Assembly (NCBI GenBank): GCA_024224435.1
Contig: JAAENL010000539.1
Coordinates: 1 to 55,563, forward strand
Reading direction: 5' to 3'
Origin: Halieaceae bacterium
GTDB lineage: Bacteria; Pseudomonadota; Gammaproteobacteria; Pseudomonadales; Halieaceae
DNA: 55,563 nt
The notes under the pieces: model-generated
Told to the model about the DNA's origin: nothing
What the model saw: the letters and a program-made list of their open reading frames with translations, nothing else
Database searches by the model: none
Part shown: piece after piece, positions 11,401 through 19,400 of the stretch
How positions within the stretch are numbered: position 1 is the stretch's first letter
Layout of the letters: the number at the start of each line of letters is the position of its first letter
Translations under genes and position numbers: made by a program

Positions 11401-14400
11401 CAGGCCATGCTTCGCTGGAGCGCGCAATCGTACGAAACGCGGTGACTGGCGTGAGTGTCAATGGTGCAGAATCGCAGATCGAAATGGTCAATAACACCGT
11501 TGTCAACAATGAGGATGGAATCGTTGCCTCGGACTGCGGTTCCATCGACATTCGCAACACGATCATTGCCTATCAGGAAAATGCCGGCCTCGATTTGGCT
11601 AGCTGCGCTACAACTCAGTTACATACTTACAATCTCTACTGGCGGAATGGCATAGATCTCGTCAGCGATGGTTCTAACATCGCCTCGTCCACATCAGGTG
11701 AATTATTCGATGAACCGCGCTTCGTTGATCCTTCGATTCACAACTACCAGTTGCGGGCGGATTCGGCGGCCAGAGCAAAAGGAGATCCTAGCGATCAAAC
11801 CTTGCCAGGTTCCGGTGCACGCATTGATATCGGCGCCTGGCAATATGCCCAGGCAGCCTTTTATGTAGACGATGATTTCTGCGAATCTTGTGAGAACAGT
11901 GGCCTTGACTGGCAGGTAAATGCCTTTGATACGATTCAGACAAGCATCGATGCTGCCTCGACGACCATGGCTGCCGCCCTGGGCTCGGGCGCTCCTGTGA
12001 CCTACACCATCGGTGTAGCAGCAGGCGCCTATAACGAAAACATCAGTCTGCCTAGTTATACCTATTTGCTGGGCGTGGGTGCTGATGAAGTGACCCTAAT
12101 TGGCGCCGGAAGTGGCAGCGTTGTGAGCATTGGCGGTGCTACAAGAGTGATGGTCTCAGGAATGACCATAACTGGCTCTGGAACGTTAGATGGGGACGCC
12201 GGCGTTGTTGCGCTGAATGCATCCAGTTACGTGACGATTACGCGTAATATCCTCACCGGAAACGCCGACGGCATACGCGTCGATAGCGGTGCAAGTGGCA
12301 CGGTTATATTCAATACGATCGTCGATAACAGCGCAGCAGGCGTGTCGACTGAAGGTACAGGAACCTGGTCGACCGTGCGGGACAACATCCTGGCAGGTAA
12401 TGATGCCGGTCTGTCCTCCCTAAACGGTGGAACCCTGTTCAACGACTACAACCTGTTCTACGACAACACTGCTAACTTCTCTCAAAATCCCTACGCATTT
12501 CTCGGCCAGAGACCCAATGACATCCTCAATCAGGATCCTCTGTTTGTCAATCCCGGGCAGGGTGACTATCACTTACAGCTCGGCTCACCCGCATTAGATG
12601 TTGCCGATGAGCTGGCGCCGGTACCAATAGGGGGAGGGAGCAGAGCCGATATGGGCTATTCGGAGCTGGTAGCCGTTCCCCTAACCCTGTTGTTGGGCGA
12701 ACTTGGGATTAGCGCCGCACAAGGAAATTCCGGCGTCGCCTCTGCTCAAATCGGTATCAGCCACGTAATCAGTGAAGGCGTAGCTATTGACGAATCGATA
12801 CCCTCTTCCTGGTCTGACGCAACATTGACAACCGTAGGAGAGACTGGTTCATACTGGAACGCAGATGTCAACCCTGGGCCAGAAGATGGTCTTTATCGCA
12901 TCTATACAAGAGGTACAGATGTGGCCGGAAACCAGGAATCAGGCCGGTACAATGGCACTTTCATTGCCGATAGCGCCCTTCCCGTTGTGAATCTGCTATC
13001 GCCTGCAGGAGATGATCCTGGCGGAGCTGCAGCTTATCCGCTGGAGGCCGAAGTCAGTGATTATGTGTCCACCGGTTCCGCAGAGATTTTCAATATCTCT
13101 TCGATCTATTTTGAAGTGAATGGTGAAGTGATCAGGGGCGAATGGGCTTCAGATGGTTGGGCTGAAATCAGTGGTTTGCCCCGGCGCTTCCAGGCTGTTA
13201 CTGAACTTGACATTGGAGACTATACGATCATCGCCTATGCCGTCGATCGGGCGGGCAACATCGGCCAGAGCAGTTCCAGCACTATAACAAGTTCGCCCTC
13301 CGAAGATGTGCTCACCATTAGCCGGCCTGCACAGGGTCAGGCGATTAACTCAGATATCGTTACAGTTAGCGGCTATGTCAGGTTCGCAGCGCCTTCGACC
13401 GAGTCAAACGTCACTATCTCTGTAAATGGTCAGGCTGCGGGGACGGCGTTGTTGGCAGAACCTGGCGCCACACTCACAGCATGGTCGGCAGAGCTCATAT
13501 TGCCCGGCGACGGTAGTCACACCATCAAAGCCGAGGCATTTTCCGATCCAACAACAGGTGAGCCAGCAACAGGGAGTGAAGAGATTTCGGTTCTGATCGA
13601 TCAGGTCGTCCCCATCCTTAGTATCGATACGCCAGATGAGGGAAGCACCGTCTATCAGAGTTTCACTTTGTCGGGGACGGCGAGTGATGGAGCGGGTAGC
13701 GGCATCGAATCCCTCGAGACCAGCAGGGATGGAGGTTTTTCCTGGACAAAGCAGATTATCGGACCCAGTGGAAACTGGAGTGTCGACTGGGAGGTCAGTA
13801 TACCTGAGGACTATGTGAGCCATCCGATTCTAGTGCGAGTCAGCGATGCTGCCGGCAATGAGATGACGCGATCTCGCCAGATCATCATCGACAATCTGGG
13901 CCCGGTGGGCTACACACCCGTGAGCACAAACCCCGCGATTGGCAGCTATATCGACACCCTTACACCGGTGAATATCAGCTGGTGGATGCCCCAGGATGGT
14001 AGTGGTGACACGACAATGTATTTCGCCACAAACACCTTATCAGATACGATACCTACATCTAAGATCCTCGCCACCGGTTATCAGGGCCCCTTTACTACAG
14101 CTGGTACCTGGTATTTCCATTTGATGGTCGAAGATTCGATCGGTAATCAGGACCAAAAGTCGTATGGTCCATTCTACGTCGAAGACGCCCAGCAATCGAC
14201 CCTGAGTCTGAGCGCTGCCTCACCTGACTGGACCCAATCCATCATTATCGACGGCAAGCTCGATATCGATAATGGAGAATGGCGAATCGACACGGAACAA
14301 CTGGACACCGATCCTCGTAGTCAAGATCCTCACGCGCTCTTTGCAGCCTGGGACAGCAGTAACCTCTATCTAGGATGGCAGGAGGCTCATATAGGTTTGC

Positions 14401-16127
14401 ATGACAGCCTATGGTTCTATCTGGATACAAAACTCGGCGGCACGATTCAGGCGGTGCATGCCGGTAATCTCATATTGCCAATGCAAGCGGACTACGCCAT
14501 CGAGATCAGCAGCAGCACTGAAGGGATGATGTATCGCTTTGATGGCGATTCCTGGGTCGAAATGGGCGCCGGCAGTTTTGACCATGCACATGACGCCGGG
14601 GCAGATACCGAAATATCGGTGCCGCTGGCGACTATAGAGGTTCAGCAAAGTCTGGGCCTACTGGCCTTTTCATTCGACGATCGTAACGCCAGGATCACGA
14701 CTGTTTTCCCCACCGCCAACCCCCTCGCTACCTGCGACGATAGCGGTTTCTGTCCTGATTGGTCCGACGTTTACCGGTGGCAGAACCTGGGGCGCGACGT
14801 AGTCCCGAACGAAGGCCAACCTCGCGGACACTATGCAGAGATATCACTGTCGAGCCCACAAGGTCACCAGACAGGCCGGGGACCGGGGGATATCCTTGAA
14901 TATATCGTAACCGTGCGACATCTTGATGACAAACCCATTGAGAACTTAATTTTGCATTTAGACGGTAGCATCGGGCTGCTTTTCGAATCGTTGCAATATG
15001 AATCCGATGTCACTGCACAGGGAGATCGATGGTGGGTGAACCTGGAGAATCTGGAACCGTTTGAGACGCGGGTGATGACTCTAACAGCTAGCCTGGCCTC
15101 TGACCTGACTGCCATTGACTACGTTACAGTGACGGCCGAGTTGGACCTGCCTGTACCTTTAAGTGAACCAGTGATTGCCCGTTCTTCTTATGTACATCGT
15201 GTGGATGGTCAGCCGCCCACGACCTACATCGATCTGCCAGTTGCGGCGTTGCCATCAGGCTCGCAGATCGTCAGGGGTACGGCAACAGATCGTGATGGAG
15301 GTGGTGTGCAATCTGTTGAAGTACGGGTTGACGATGGCTCCTGGTTGGCAGCCGAGGGTTCTGTGGCGTGGTCGGCGGCGATTGAGGTACCCTTATCAGG
15401 CGCATTTGAACTGGCTGCACGGTCTCGGGATACGCATGGCCATGTAGGACCCGCTGCCTCCCTTCAAGTTCTCGTGGATGCACAGGCGCCAGAAGCATCC
15501 CTGGCACTCAACCGACCTGTTCTGGCCGGACGAATCGGCCATCTGGAGGGAACCGCTATAGACTTCGGCGGATCGGGCGTTGCAAGTGTACAAGTACAGG
15601 TCGATGGGGGCGCCTGGATTCCCGTATCCATGCCGCTGATTCCGGGCGGTGAGGGCGTTGTGCAGTGGCATTATAATTGGATCTTCGCCAACAGGGATGG
15701 CGTTGAATCCACGCTCTCCGTACGCGCCTCAGATGCTGCAGGGAACGTCGGACCAGCCTCCTCTCCGCAAGTTGTGATTGCGGATAGCGTCAAGCCCACC
15801 TCCACTATTCTCCAACCTCAACCGGGATCGGAAGTCGATCCTGATGGATTTACTATCTCCGGCATGGCTGACGACGGATATGGTGTTCGATCTGTCGAAG
15901 TCAGCATCGACGGTGGCCGCACCTGGTCTTCTGCTCAACTAGGTGCATCTCAGAATCAGATCGCCTGGTCTCTTGACATAGCCATGCATGATGATGTGCC
16001 CGAACAGCTAGTCATCCTAAGCCGAGCAATTGACAAGGCTGGCAACCAGGAAACGCTAGGAGCACCAACTCGAGTAACAGTAACTCAGATCGGTATTCCC
16101 ACGTGGTTACCACTTGTCGTAAGGTGA
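2418..16127 (+). CDS. Giant multidomain surface/secreted protein GP1 (about 4570 aa)
   Basis: Uninterrupted 13.7-kb ORF. Signal-like N-terminus RDRLIRILLITAAIVISAIVYIVPGSVLRA (start ATG 2418 or GTG 2445). Approximate modules: LppX/LolA-like 2590-3230; TM pair 3315-3473; Ca repeats 3640-3960 and 6455-6890; hydrophobic core 5570-5780; FG-GAP repeats 8160-9310; beta-helices from 9460, 11080 and 11860; Kelch-like insert 9960-10800; CBM9/DOMON-like 14240-14830; many Ig-like repeats (xDxAGN); ends TWLPLVVR. The ORF is secure; the function is unknown. Confidence 0.9.
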   Translation: MLSHIEAHVVRDRLIRILLITAAIVISAIVYIVPGSVLRADDSTFAAEIDRALTLVREQGRYRLSATVAQELIPRPAPHMIGRQGASLTMYLNGEISSPDHARLLWEFTTDDPSNLTQVELILEGSETYIGSDSEWLRVQDPLGLAVPATDSFTLLDAIEKVKKLPSKDTAGGLVRRFSFELDSERYAELMRDRTQELVSQSLGKDVILQPDPGFWQQTGSGEVWIGADGLPHRMYLTLLLPEVTSDYDARLEMQLDYHDFGEAIVTLPEPILGAPDADHLLSEPRETTGAILNLSAGDGVTASFVLAAILILAIVLFSIRSGTKRRVRATVVMVTILSLVTAFPLQVGAAGLSRQRMSVGLTLPEALTQLGLMQTDQEPVGRTDVTQASASTDVTDCAVLPDGIAPDEDYDADGISNLTENCLGTSYRDADTDSDSISDSDELKGFTVGAQTWTTNPLMRDSNLDGMDDFAEWSPSWATSSPSTLDVDADGVANAWDDDNDGDGVIDDLDISPYAVLPYKSSFNLSASKPGNNQHKNTYVYVDLMVQPSDAAHLRYFTTPLDWPYDDKGQIRDYDNSDEDITLVPMLEFETPTRPSLTSQYGLIVVDPDTPGNPYRVLAPLAPTGAQGAIDAFKTRVAFTDGESVTGLEMNDIKVGWLGIVTSDSQTVTWVRKRKNTGSYKFVKQTSISSEDVVATAYYEPSFRIVGMNIVETQDIEVAVFGAPNAPETVADDSTPDEGREMYNFIAGLNVSYLYNLQPDLPTIVDRFTNAATAQVERWGVESDLAVKYNTFAHQDQALAATTMTDTVSLLDGNYATSRKPILALAYEGIIGTLSLEQEGSVAVNGNTVSIDLAGNSLAKLRQVQISQYEWSGGSWSALSMADALSDLDNRYPAQAGAASWRDFRYLYLSYYGALSNYIEKDGVTLVGQQADDQAVFDWLSQPSQNSLPGFVQTAYKLDSLNGLKATYGELEGWRTWQESFVTESIDGLDTFLVVVMQALSYTSPEVYAVTPYWGEGASAKKLERAIDASTGTIEKGSSLQQMADQAYRTSTIGVIMSVMSIWSQYNNGSKDTSNLQQDVERAEAIATSIALVLLLVLTIADFAFGGGLLGAILGFSTLDSVSNAIGVKINLQSVFSNLAKSISGAISNFSMYSQLASTNPVTSGALSMTLGDENKGIVLGNSLSLATDYRATIVKGPGKKKWNWRKSRDGKFDDVKSSSAYAEWKYDGSTGSVTADTPTYRPDGCTNDASNQERTCKSSVSITITPEEAVRDLGIRLTTVLNYSLRYQSCFGVNSVYSRCKAKTTSGAEPRESDTTAWNDATNTVYVDILPVTLGDLWDWQEIDNHDYDGDSLPDDQESGLGTSPTIWDSDGDRLSDNYEYLNRNNRLSGSDPLDYDSDDDGLSDRQELLLGTSAGVPDTDGDGLKDGEEACYRSLDGSRAGGWIVSALGSGDGFEYYVCSNPLEADYDNDSMTDIQEKTAGTSPFAPNTAPRLSLTISQPVFNFGVSTLVVLGPGELLDQEFSLNNVLSQPLTTTLSLCALSGAFDSVTVIAESSNSGYTLPAATSGSVGNEDCTYWDLSQSPLYSGEEVSVQLQASTATDISSGTIQQSLSLPYIDPTDHSAQQVKISKNIVVDVDEPQSVFVMPVEGEVISGISYVIGGTAYDATTWVQSVEVAVDGGAWQTAAGADTWSWTWTLPTDGIYTLSARASDIAGNVESVATTRSVTIDNTAPAASFTNIADGDILSGITLNSQGGATISLQGNATDLLSEVADVAGLQVIQLSVDAGPWEAIWNPRRDPVDTSPWTHNWLVNAGASGSHTLSVRAIDAVGQIGDAEIIDVILDLLPPLSSVSNYTSQLQGNTTSTLRGYIDDTGNVPLPPRPQLLEGAIDSLSDATIWIQADRVGDLQDANAAWIGDFNADGLADAAVGLPKDNSGDGQIVIIYGAAGDWPVPPQSYALSSSPSSVIASGGSNLGEILALAGDVNGDGLSDLLVGDPLNDQAYLLYGRTDTIGEGWDLSLLAQSGQSAFGVTMSSMEGKSGLGVASAGDVNNDGYADLLIADANKLYLVMGRSRYTPQMVDIRTQAAAVLPFDSLGGAVATGIGDVDGDGLADFVTSDPAGSYGAQSRVYLFRGSTSYRTASFSFPQQSLDPLNDAIASFVGDSMVGAQILALGDVNLDSYADFLYSSGDAPRLVFGRADAGWGHNNGGDRTLSYSPPASGVLTAPGDINADGFADLLLGTASGDAYLIYGADSLAAIPPIAATIEGIESAASAPYATGADINGDLSADLLVLPTGVGSGITTASQTPFGRMPHLGASALPVGAAPRHRSDPSLLLAEVGAKVSTTYVDDDYCSLCENDGRSWGVDAFDDIATAVTNTLAKGQVVIMPGLYQAFEITNSDLTIQGVDPDAVIVDGGGGDYVVQINQANAISLENLTLRNATKGISLVDARTGDWFQDRSRKNELQGSVAYDVTYPIYTDRSSALEVIDSTLVGTTAADEIIFVDTTTPDPSLTPAWSTLANMSGSDQALGGLAATDDYIYQLGDSLYMYRYHTFSDSWSQREKSPFDKSLTYDFNLSEGGGGAIYVYAVSSGKYATYTFSLFNDHTNKWTTLSNFPDYKSQDTYGPEMVFDGEGTIYALVLQNQFYEYDIATDVWTQIGTTPDRFELGNGAAITYADGAVYVSTGEGDIAYNEFYKYNVQRGKWSFLPNPPTPMRYGADIQWDGLDTIYAVAGGDSKTMLSYSIARKKWTQLSNTLKPIGPDAGLTRQDTALYVHSGSSTNGNRFFWDYSPVGINAVKLDLDSVALVAPVGTSSPQWLNLNDNLYDYYYQTTDSMWVGGDSWSPTPDSTPIAFADAQFRDPSDGVYRVGAGTALSAGYHSYLARSYVSTDYCSACENDDFTWRVDAFDSIQEAIYSGAELIQVRPGIYRENFSLVSGVDVVGAGGETTIIQPPSSAYQGALVSAEGTNGIRLAHLSLDGSDTAVGFRIEDGAGHASLERAIVRNAVTGVSVNGAESQIEMVNNTVVNNEDGIVASDCGSIDIRNTIIAYQENAGLDLASCATTQLHTYNLYWRNGIDLVSDGSNIASSTSGELFDEPRFVDPSIHNYQLRADSAARAKGDPSDQTLPGSGARIDIGAWQYAQAAFYVDDDFCESCENSGLDWQVNAFDTIQTSIDAASTTMAAALGSGAPVTYTIGVAAGAYNENISLPSYTYLLGVGADEVTLIGAGSGSVVSIGGATRVMVSGMTITGSGTLDGDAGVVALNASSYVTITRNILTGNADGIRVDSGASGTVIFNTIVDNSAAGVSTEGTGTWSTVRDNILAGNDAGLSSLNGGTLFNDYNLFYDNTANFSQNPYAFLGQRPNDILNQDPLFVNPGQGDYHLQLGSPALDVADELAPVPIGGGSRADMGYSELVAVPLTLLLGELGISAAQGNSGVASAQIGISHVISEGVAIDESIPSSWSDATLTTVGETGSYWNADVNPGPEDGLYRIYTRGTDVAGNQESGRYNGTFIADSALPVVNLLSPAGDDPGGAAAYPLEAEVSDYVSTGSAEIFNISSIYFEVNGEVIRGEWASDGWAEISGLPRRFQAVTELDIGDYTIIAYAVDRAGNIGQSSSSTITSSPSEDVLTISRPAQGQAINSDIVTVSGYVRFAAPSTESNVTISVNGQAAGTALLAEPGATLTAWSAELILPGDGSHTIKAEAFSDPTTGEPATGSEEISVLIDQVVPILSIDTPDEGSTVYQSFTLSGTASDGAGSGIESLETSRDGGFSWTKQIIGPSGNWSVDWEVSIPEDYVSHPILVRVSDAAGNEMTRSRQIIIDNLGPVGYTPVSTNPAIGSYIDTLTPVNISWWMPQDGSGDTTMYFATNTLSDTIPTSKILATGYQGPFTTAGTWYFHLMVEDSIGNQDQKSYGPFYVEDAQQSTLSLSAASPDWTQSIIIDGKLDIDNGEWRIDTEQLDTDPRSQDPHALFAAWDSSNLYLGWQEAHIGLHDSLWFYLDTKLGGTIQAVHAGNLILPMQADYAIEISSSTEGMMYRFDGDSWVEMGAGSFDHAHDAGADTEISVPLATIEVQQSLGLLAFSFDDRNARITTVFPTANPLATCDDSGFCPDWSDVYRWQNLGRDVVPNEGQPRGHYAEISLSSPQGHQTGRGPGDILEYIVTVRHLDDKPIENLILHLDGSIGLLFESLQYESDVTAQGDRWWVNLENLEPFETRVMTLTASLASDLTAIDYVTVTAELDLPVPLSEPVIARSSYVHRVDGQPPTTYIDLPVAALPSGSQIVRGTATDRDGGGVQSVEVRVDDGSWLAAEGSVAWSAAIEVPLSGAFELAARSRDTHGHVGPAASLQVLVDAQAPEASLALNRPVLAGRIGHLEGTAIDFGGSGVASVQVQVDGGAWIPVSMPLIPGGEGVVQWHYNWIFANRDGVESTLSVRASDAAGNVGPASSPQVVIADSVKPTSTILQPQPGSEVDPDGFTISGMADDGYGVRSVEVSIDGGRTWSSAQLGASQNQIAWSLDIAMHDDVPEQLVILSRAIDKAGNQETLGAPTRVTVTQIGIPTWLPLVVR

Positions 16128-16146
16128 TAGCCACCCTGACCTCACC

Positions 16147-16290
16147 TGTCATGCTGAGCGGGTCTAACCACCAACCAATCTTGACAGGACCATTTTTGCA
16201 GAACCTAAACGGTCATTACACCAACCAACACCAGCGAAGCATCTACTCGTTGTATACACAGCAAGACCCCTCGCTTTGCTCAGGGTGACA
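16147..16290. repeat. Nested palindromic MITE/REP-like element (TGTCATGCTGAGC...GCTCAGGGTGACA type)
   Basis: Terminal inverted repeats TGTCATGCTGAGC (16147-16159) and GCTCAGGGTGACA (16278-16290) match at 11/13. Inner imperfect pair AGCGAAGCATCT (16233-16244) and AGACCCCTCGCT (16264-16275). Confidence 0.7.
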
Positions 16291-16421
16291 CAACAGACGA
16301 GTGTCCGTCAGCAAATTCGTGTCATCGAAACAACCCTGTGAGTAACAGTTCTGGAAGGGTGACATATTCATACTAATTCTGATCAAGACCTAGTTTTTAC
16401 ACACAGCCCTTCATGCAGTGA

Positions 16422-16427
16422 AAGGAG
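16422..16427 (+). promoter_or_regulatory. Shine-Dalgarno site of GP2
   Basis: AAGGAG 9 nt upstream of ATG 16437. Confidence 0.8.
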
Positions 16428-16436
16428 AACAAGCTC

Positions 16437-19400
16437 ATGTACCATACCCGTCGATTCCTGCTAATAATTATATCTGTCATGGTCACATTGGCCATCACAG
16501 GTGGTCTGGTTTTAGCGCTCGATACCACGGATGAAAGCAAGCCCAAGGACGCGCTTATCCAGGCTTTTGAACGCGCCCGAGATCAGGGGAGCTACCATGT
16601 CGTGGCTGACATCGAGCAAACGCTTGTACCCCTTGCCACTCTATCAAATCTGGGCAAGCGAGATGAGACTTCCTCGATGCGTCTGTTGGGCGATGTCGTT
16701 CAGCTCACACAAATCGATGGCTCACAGGTAACCAGCGCCCGCATGCAATTTTACGCTAGGCAGGATCAGAGCCCGGTCGAGCTGCTACTTTCTGATAATG
16801 AGGCCTTTGTGGGTTACAAAGGTCGCTGGAAAAAGGTCGATGATCCCCTGGGGGGCGTTGCACCCGGCGGCGATTACATGGGTTACCTAGTGGCTGCAAA
16901 GGATGTGACCGAGATCGAGTCGGTACGGACTGCCGAGGGAGATTTCCGCCGTTTTGCCTTTACCCTGGATAGTGAAGCCTACGCAGCCTACCAGCTAGAA
17001 CGTGTGCAAAAGAGCATGGCCGGACGCCTGCCCCATGGTATCGAGTTGCAAGCCAATCCCACCATCCTTGGTATGAGTGGCCAGGGAGAAGTCTGGCTGG
17101 ATAGCCGTGGTCTGCCGAGACGTCAGGTTATCGATCTGAATATCCCCAGGGTTACACATAGTTATGATGCACAGGTGGGCATGATCGTCGATTTCTCTCG
17201 CTTCGGCGATCCGGCGCCTGCTCTTGATATGCCACAACCGATTGGGCCTGATGGTGCCTGGTCTTTGCCTGAATCTTCATTGCAACAATCCTCAGACTCG
17301 GCAAACGCGGCAGATACGCCGCCACTTGTCGTGGCCTCCCTCGAGCCATTGGAGCGAACCCTGGCGCCGCTGGCCTCAACCGTGATCCCCGGCCTGATCG
17401 CCTTGCCCCTTTTGATCCTGGCATTGTTGCTCATCCGCAGGCGCCGAACCCTGTACGCGGGTGTGGTATCCACATTGATCGTGATGATGGTCATTCAGCC
17501 GCTGTTACAGGCAGGGCAGTATGCCATTTTTGCAGGATCTCGCGCCGAAGCCTCCTCCTTTGCCCAGGCATTGCAGGATATCGACGCCCTACCCAGTCCC
17601 GTTCAGAACGAGCTTGCCATCGATCGGCAGACAGCGGCGATGTTGAGTGGACAAAGCGTCAGTGCCACCGGTCAGCCTGACTGCCAATCGCTCTATGTCG
17701 ACGCCGGCAGCCAACCATCGGGCGACGAGGATGGGGATGGCTTGAGTAATCAGATCGAATGGTGCCTGGGCACCGACTATGCCGATGTCGATACGGATGG
17801 CGATACTCTTACCGACACGGTCGAACTGATAGGCTTCAACTATGGCGGTCATAACTGGACAGCGGACCCGCTGGAGATAGACAGCAATTTAGACGGGATG
17901 ACTGACGGTGAGGAGTGGGAACCTGCTCTCACCGATTCGAGCTTCACCGGCGACGATACCTTTACCGACAAGGACGAAGATGGCATTCCCAATCTTTGGG
18001 ACGAAGACAACGACAATGATGGCGTGCCAGATGGCCTGGATAATTCACCCTATCGGGTCATGCCCTATCGACCTTCATTTGACGTGAATGTCACCGGCCA
18101 CTCTCCGGATACGATTGTCTACGTGGATGTACAGGTTCAGCCGGAAAACGAAGCACATTTGCGTTACAGCCTCACTTCATTGGATTGGCCAGAAGATGCG
18201 ATCGGCCAGATCCAGGATCTGGACTCATCAGTGGACGACTTGATTTTGATCCCGGTCCTGTCAATCAATAGCACGATATCACCCACACTCGCATCGCAGT
18301 ACGAGATCTTGGCCTCGCATGTGAACGCAGAAGATATCAGCCAGGGTTTCAGCCTGTGGGTTCCGCTTCAGCCAGTCGTAGAATCTGGCAGTATTTACGC
18401 GTTTAGCGCCAGGCTCGCTTTCAGTTCAGACGAGGCAGATGCTGGCATCGATCTCACCGAGGGTAGGATTTTATGGATGGTCAAGGCCACATTGGATTCC
18501 TGTTTGTCTGGCGATGCTTCTAGTTGCGATAGTGTGACATCAGAAGACTCCGTGATCGCCAATTACTACGACGGGCAGATTCGCGTGAGTGGCCTGCAAG
18601 TCTCCGAATCGAAAGATGTTCAGGTTGGTTTGTTTGGCACCACAGCCCCGCGTATCACGACTGATGACAACGTCGACGACGAGCAAAAGGTGATGTTCAC
18701 ACTGATATCTGCCGGGCTGGCCGGAACCTATCTCAATTATGAAAATCCCGATCTGAACCAGATCGACGCCAATTTTTCGGATAGTAGCGCTCAGGCGCCC
18801 TTTACTGATACATGGGGTATCGATCCGGCTATCATGAAGGTCCAGGTGGATGGCTATGACCATCGGGACGAGGCCCTCGCCACAACCACACAGACCAACA
18901 CCGTAACCTTGCTGGATGGGCTCTACATCGATCTCCACGGCGTTTCCTGCACGATCAATACAACCGGCCAGTACACGCCCACGATCGCCACAGCCTATCA
19001 GGAGACGTCTGGGTCATTGGATCTAAGCAGCCCGCTGCTGACGATCACAAATGGCGATCCTGCGGTTACGTCGGCGAGTCCCGTTGCATTCTCTATCCCG
19101 TTGGGCGATGCCACGATTTATAAATGGCGCCAGGTTCAACTGGGAAGCTATGGTTGTAACATCGACGACAGTGGAAACGCCAGCTGGAATGAGTTAAACG
19201 AAGCGGCTGCTCTGATCGATCTGAACAATCGCTATCCGGATCAGGCACAGGCTACCTGGTACTACATGGTCCAGCAGATCTTCCTTATATACAGCGGTGG
19301 TCGTAGCTCGATGTTCAGCGTCAACGGCGCACCCACAGATCCCAATGCCGTTGATGCACCAGGCGATGCAATGAGCTGGTTTATAGACAATGAGACGGTC

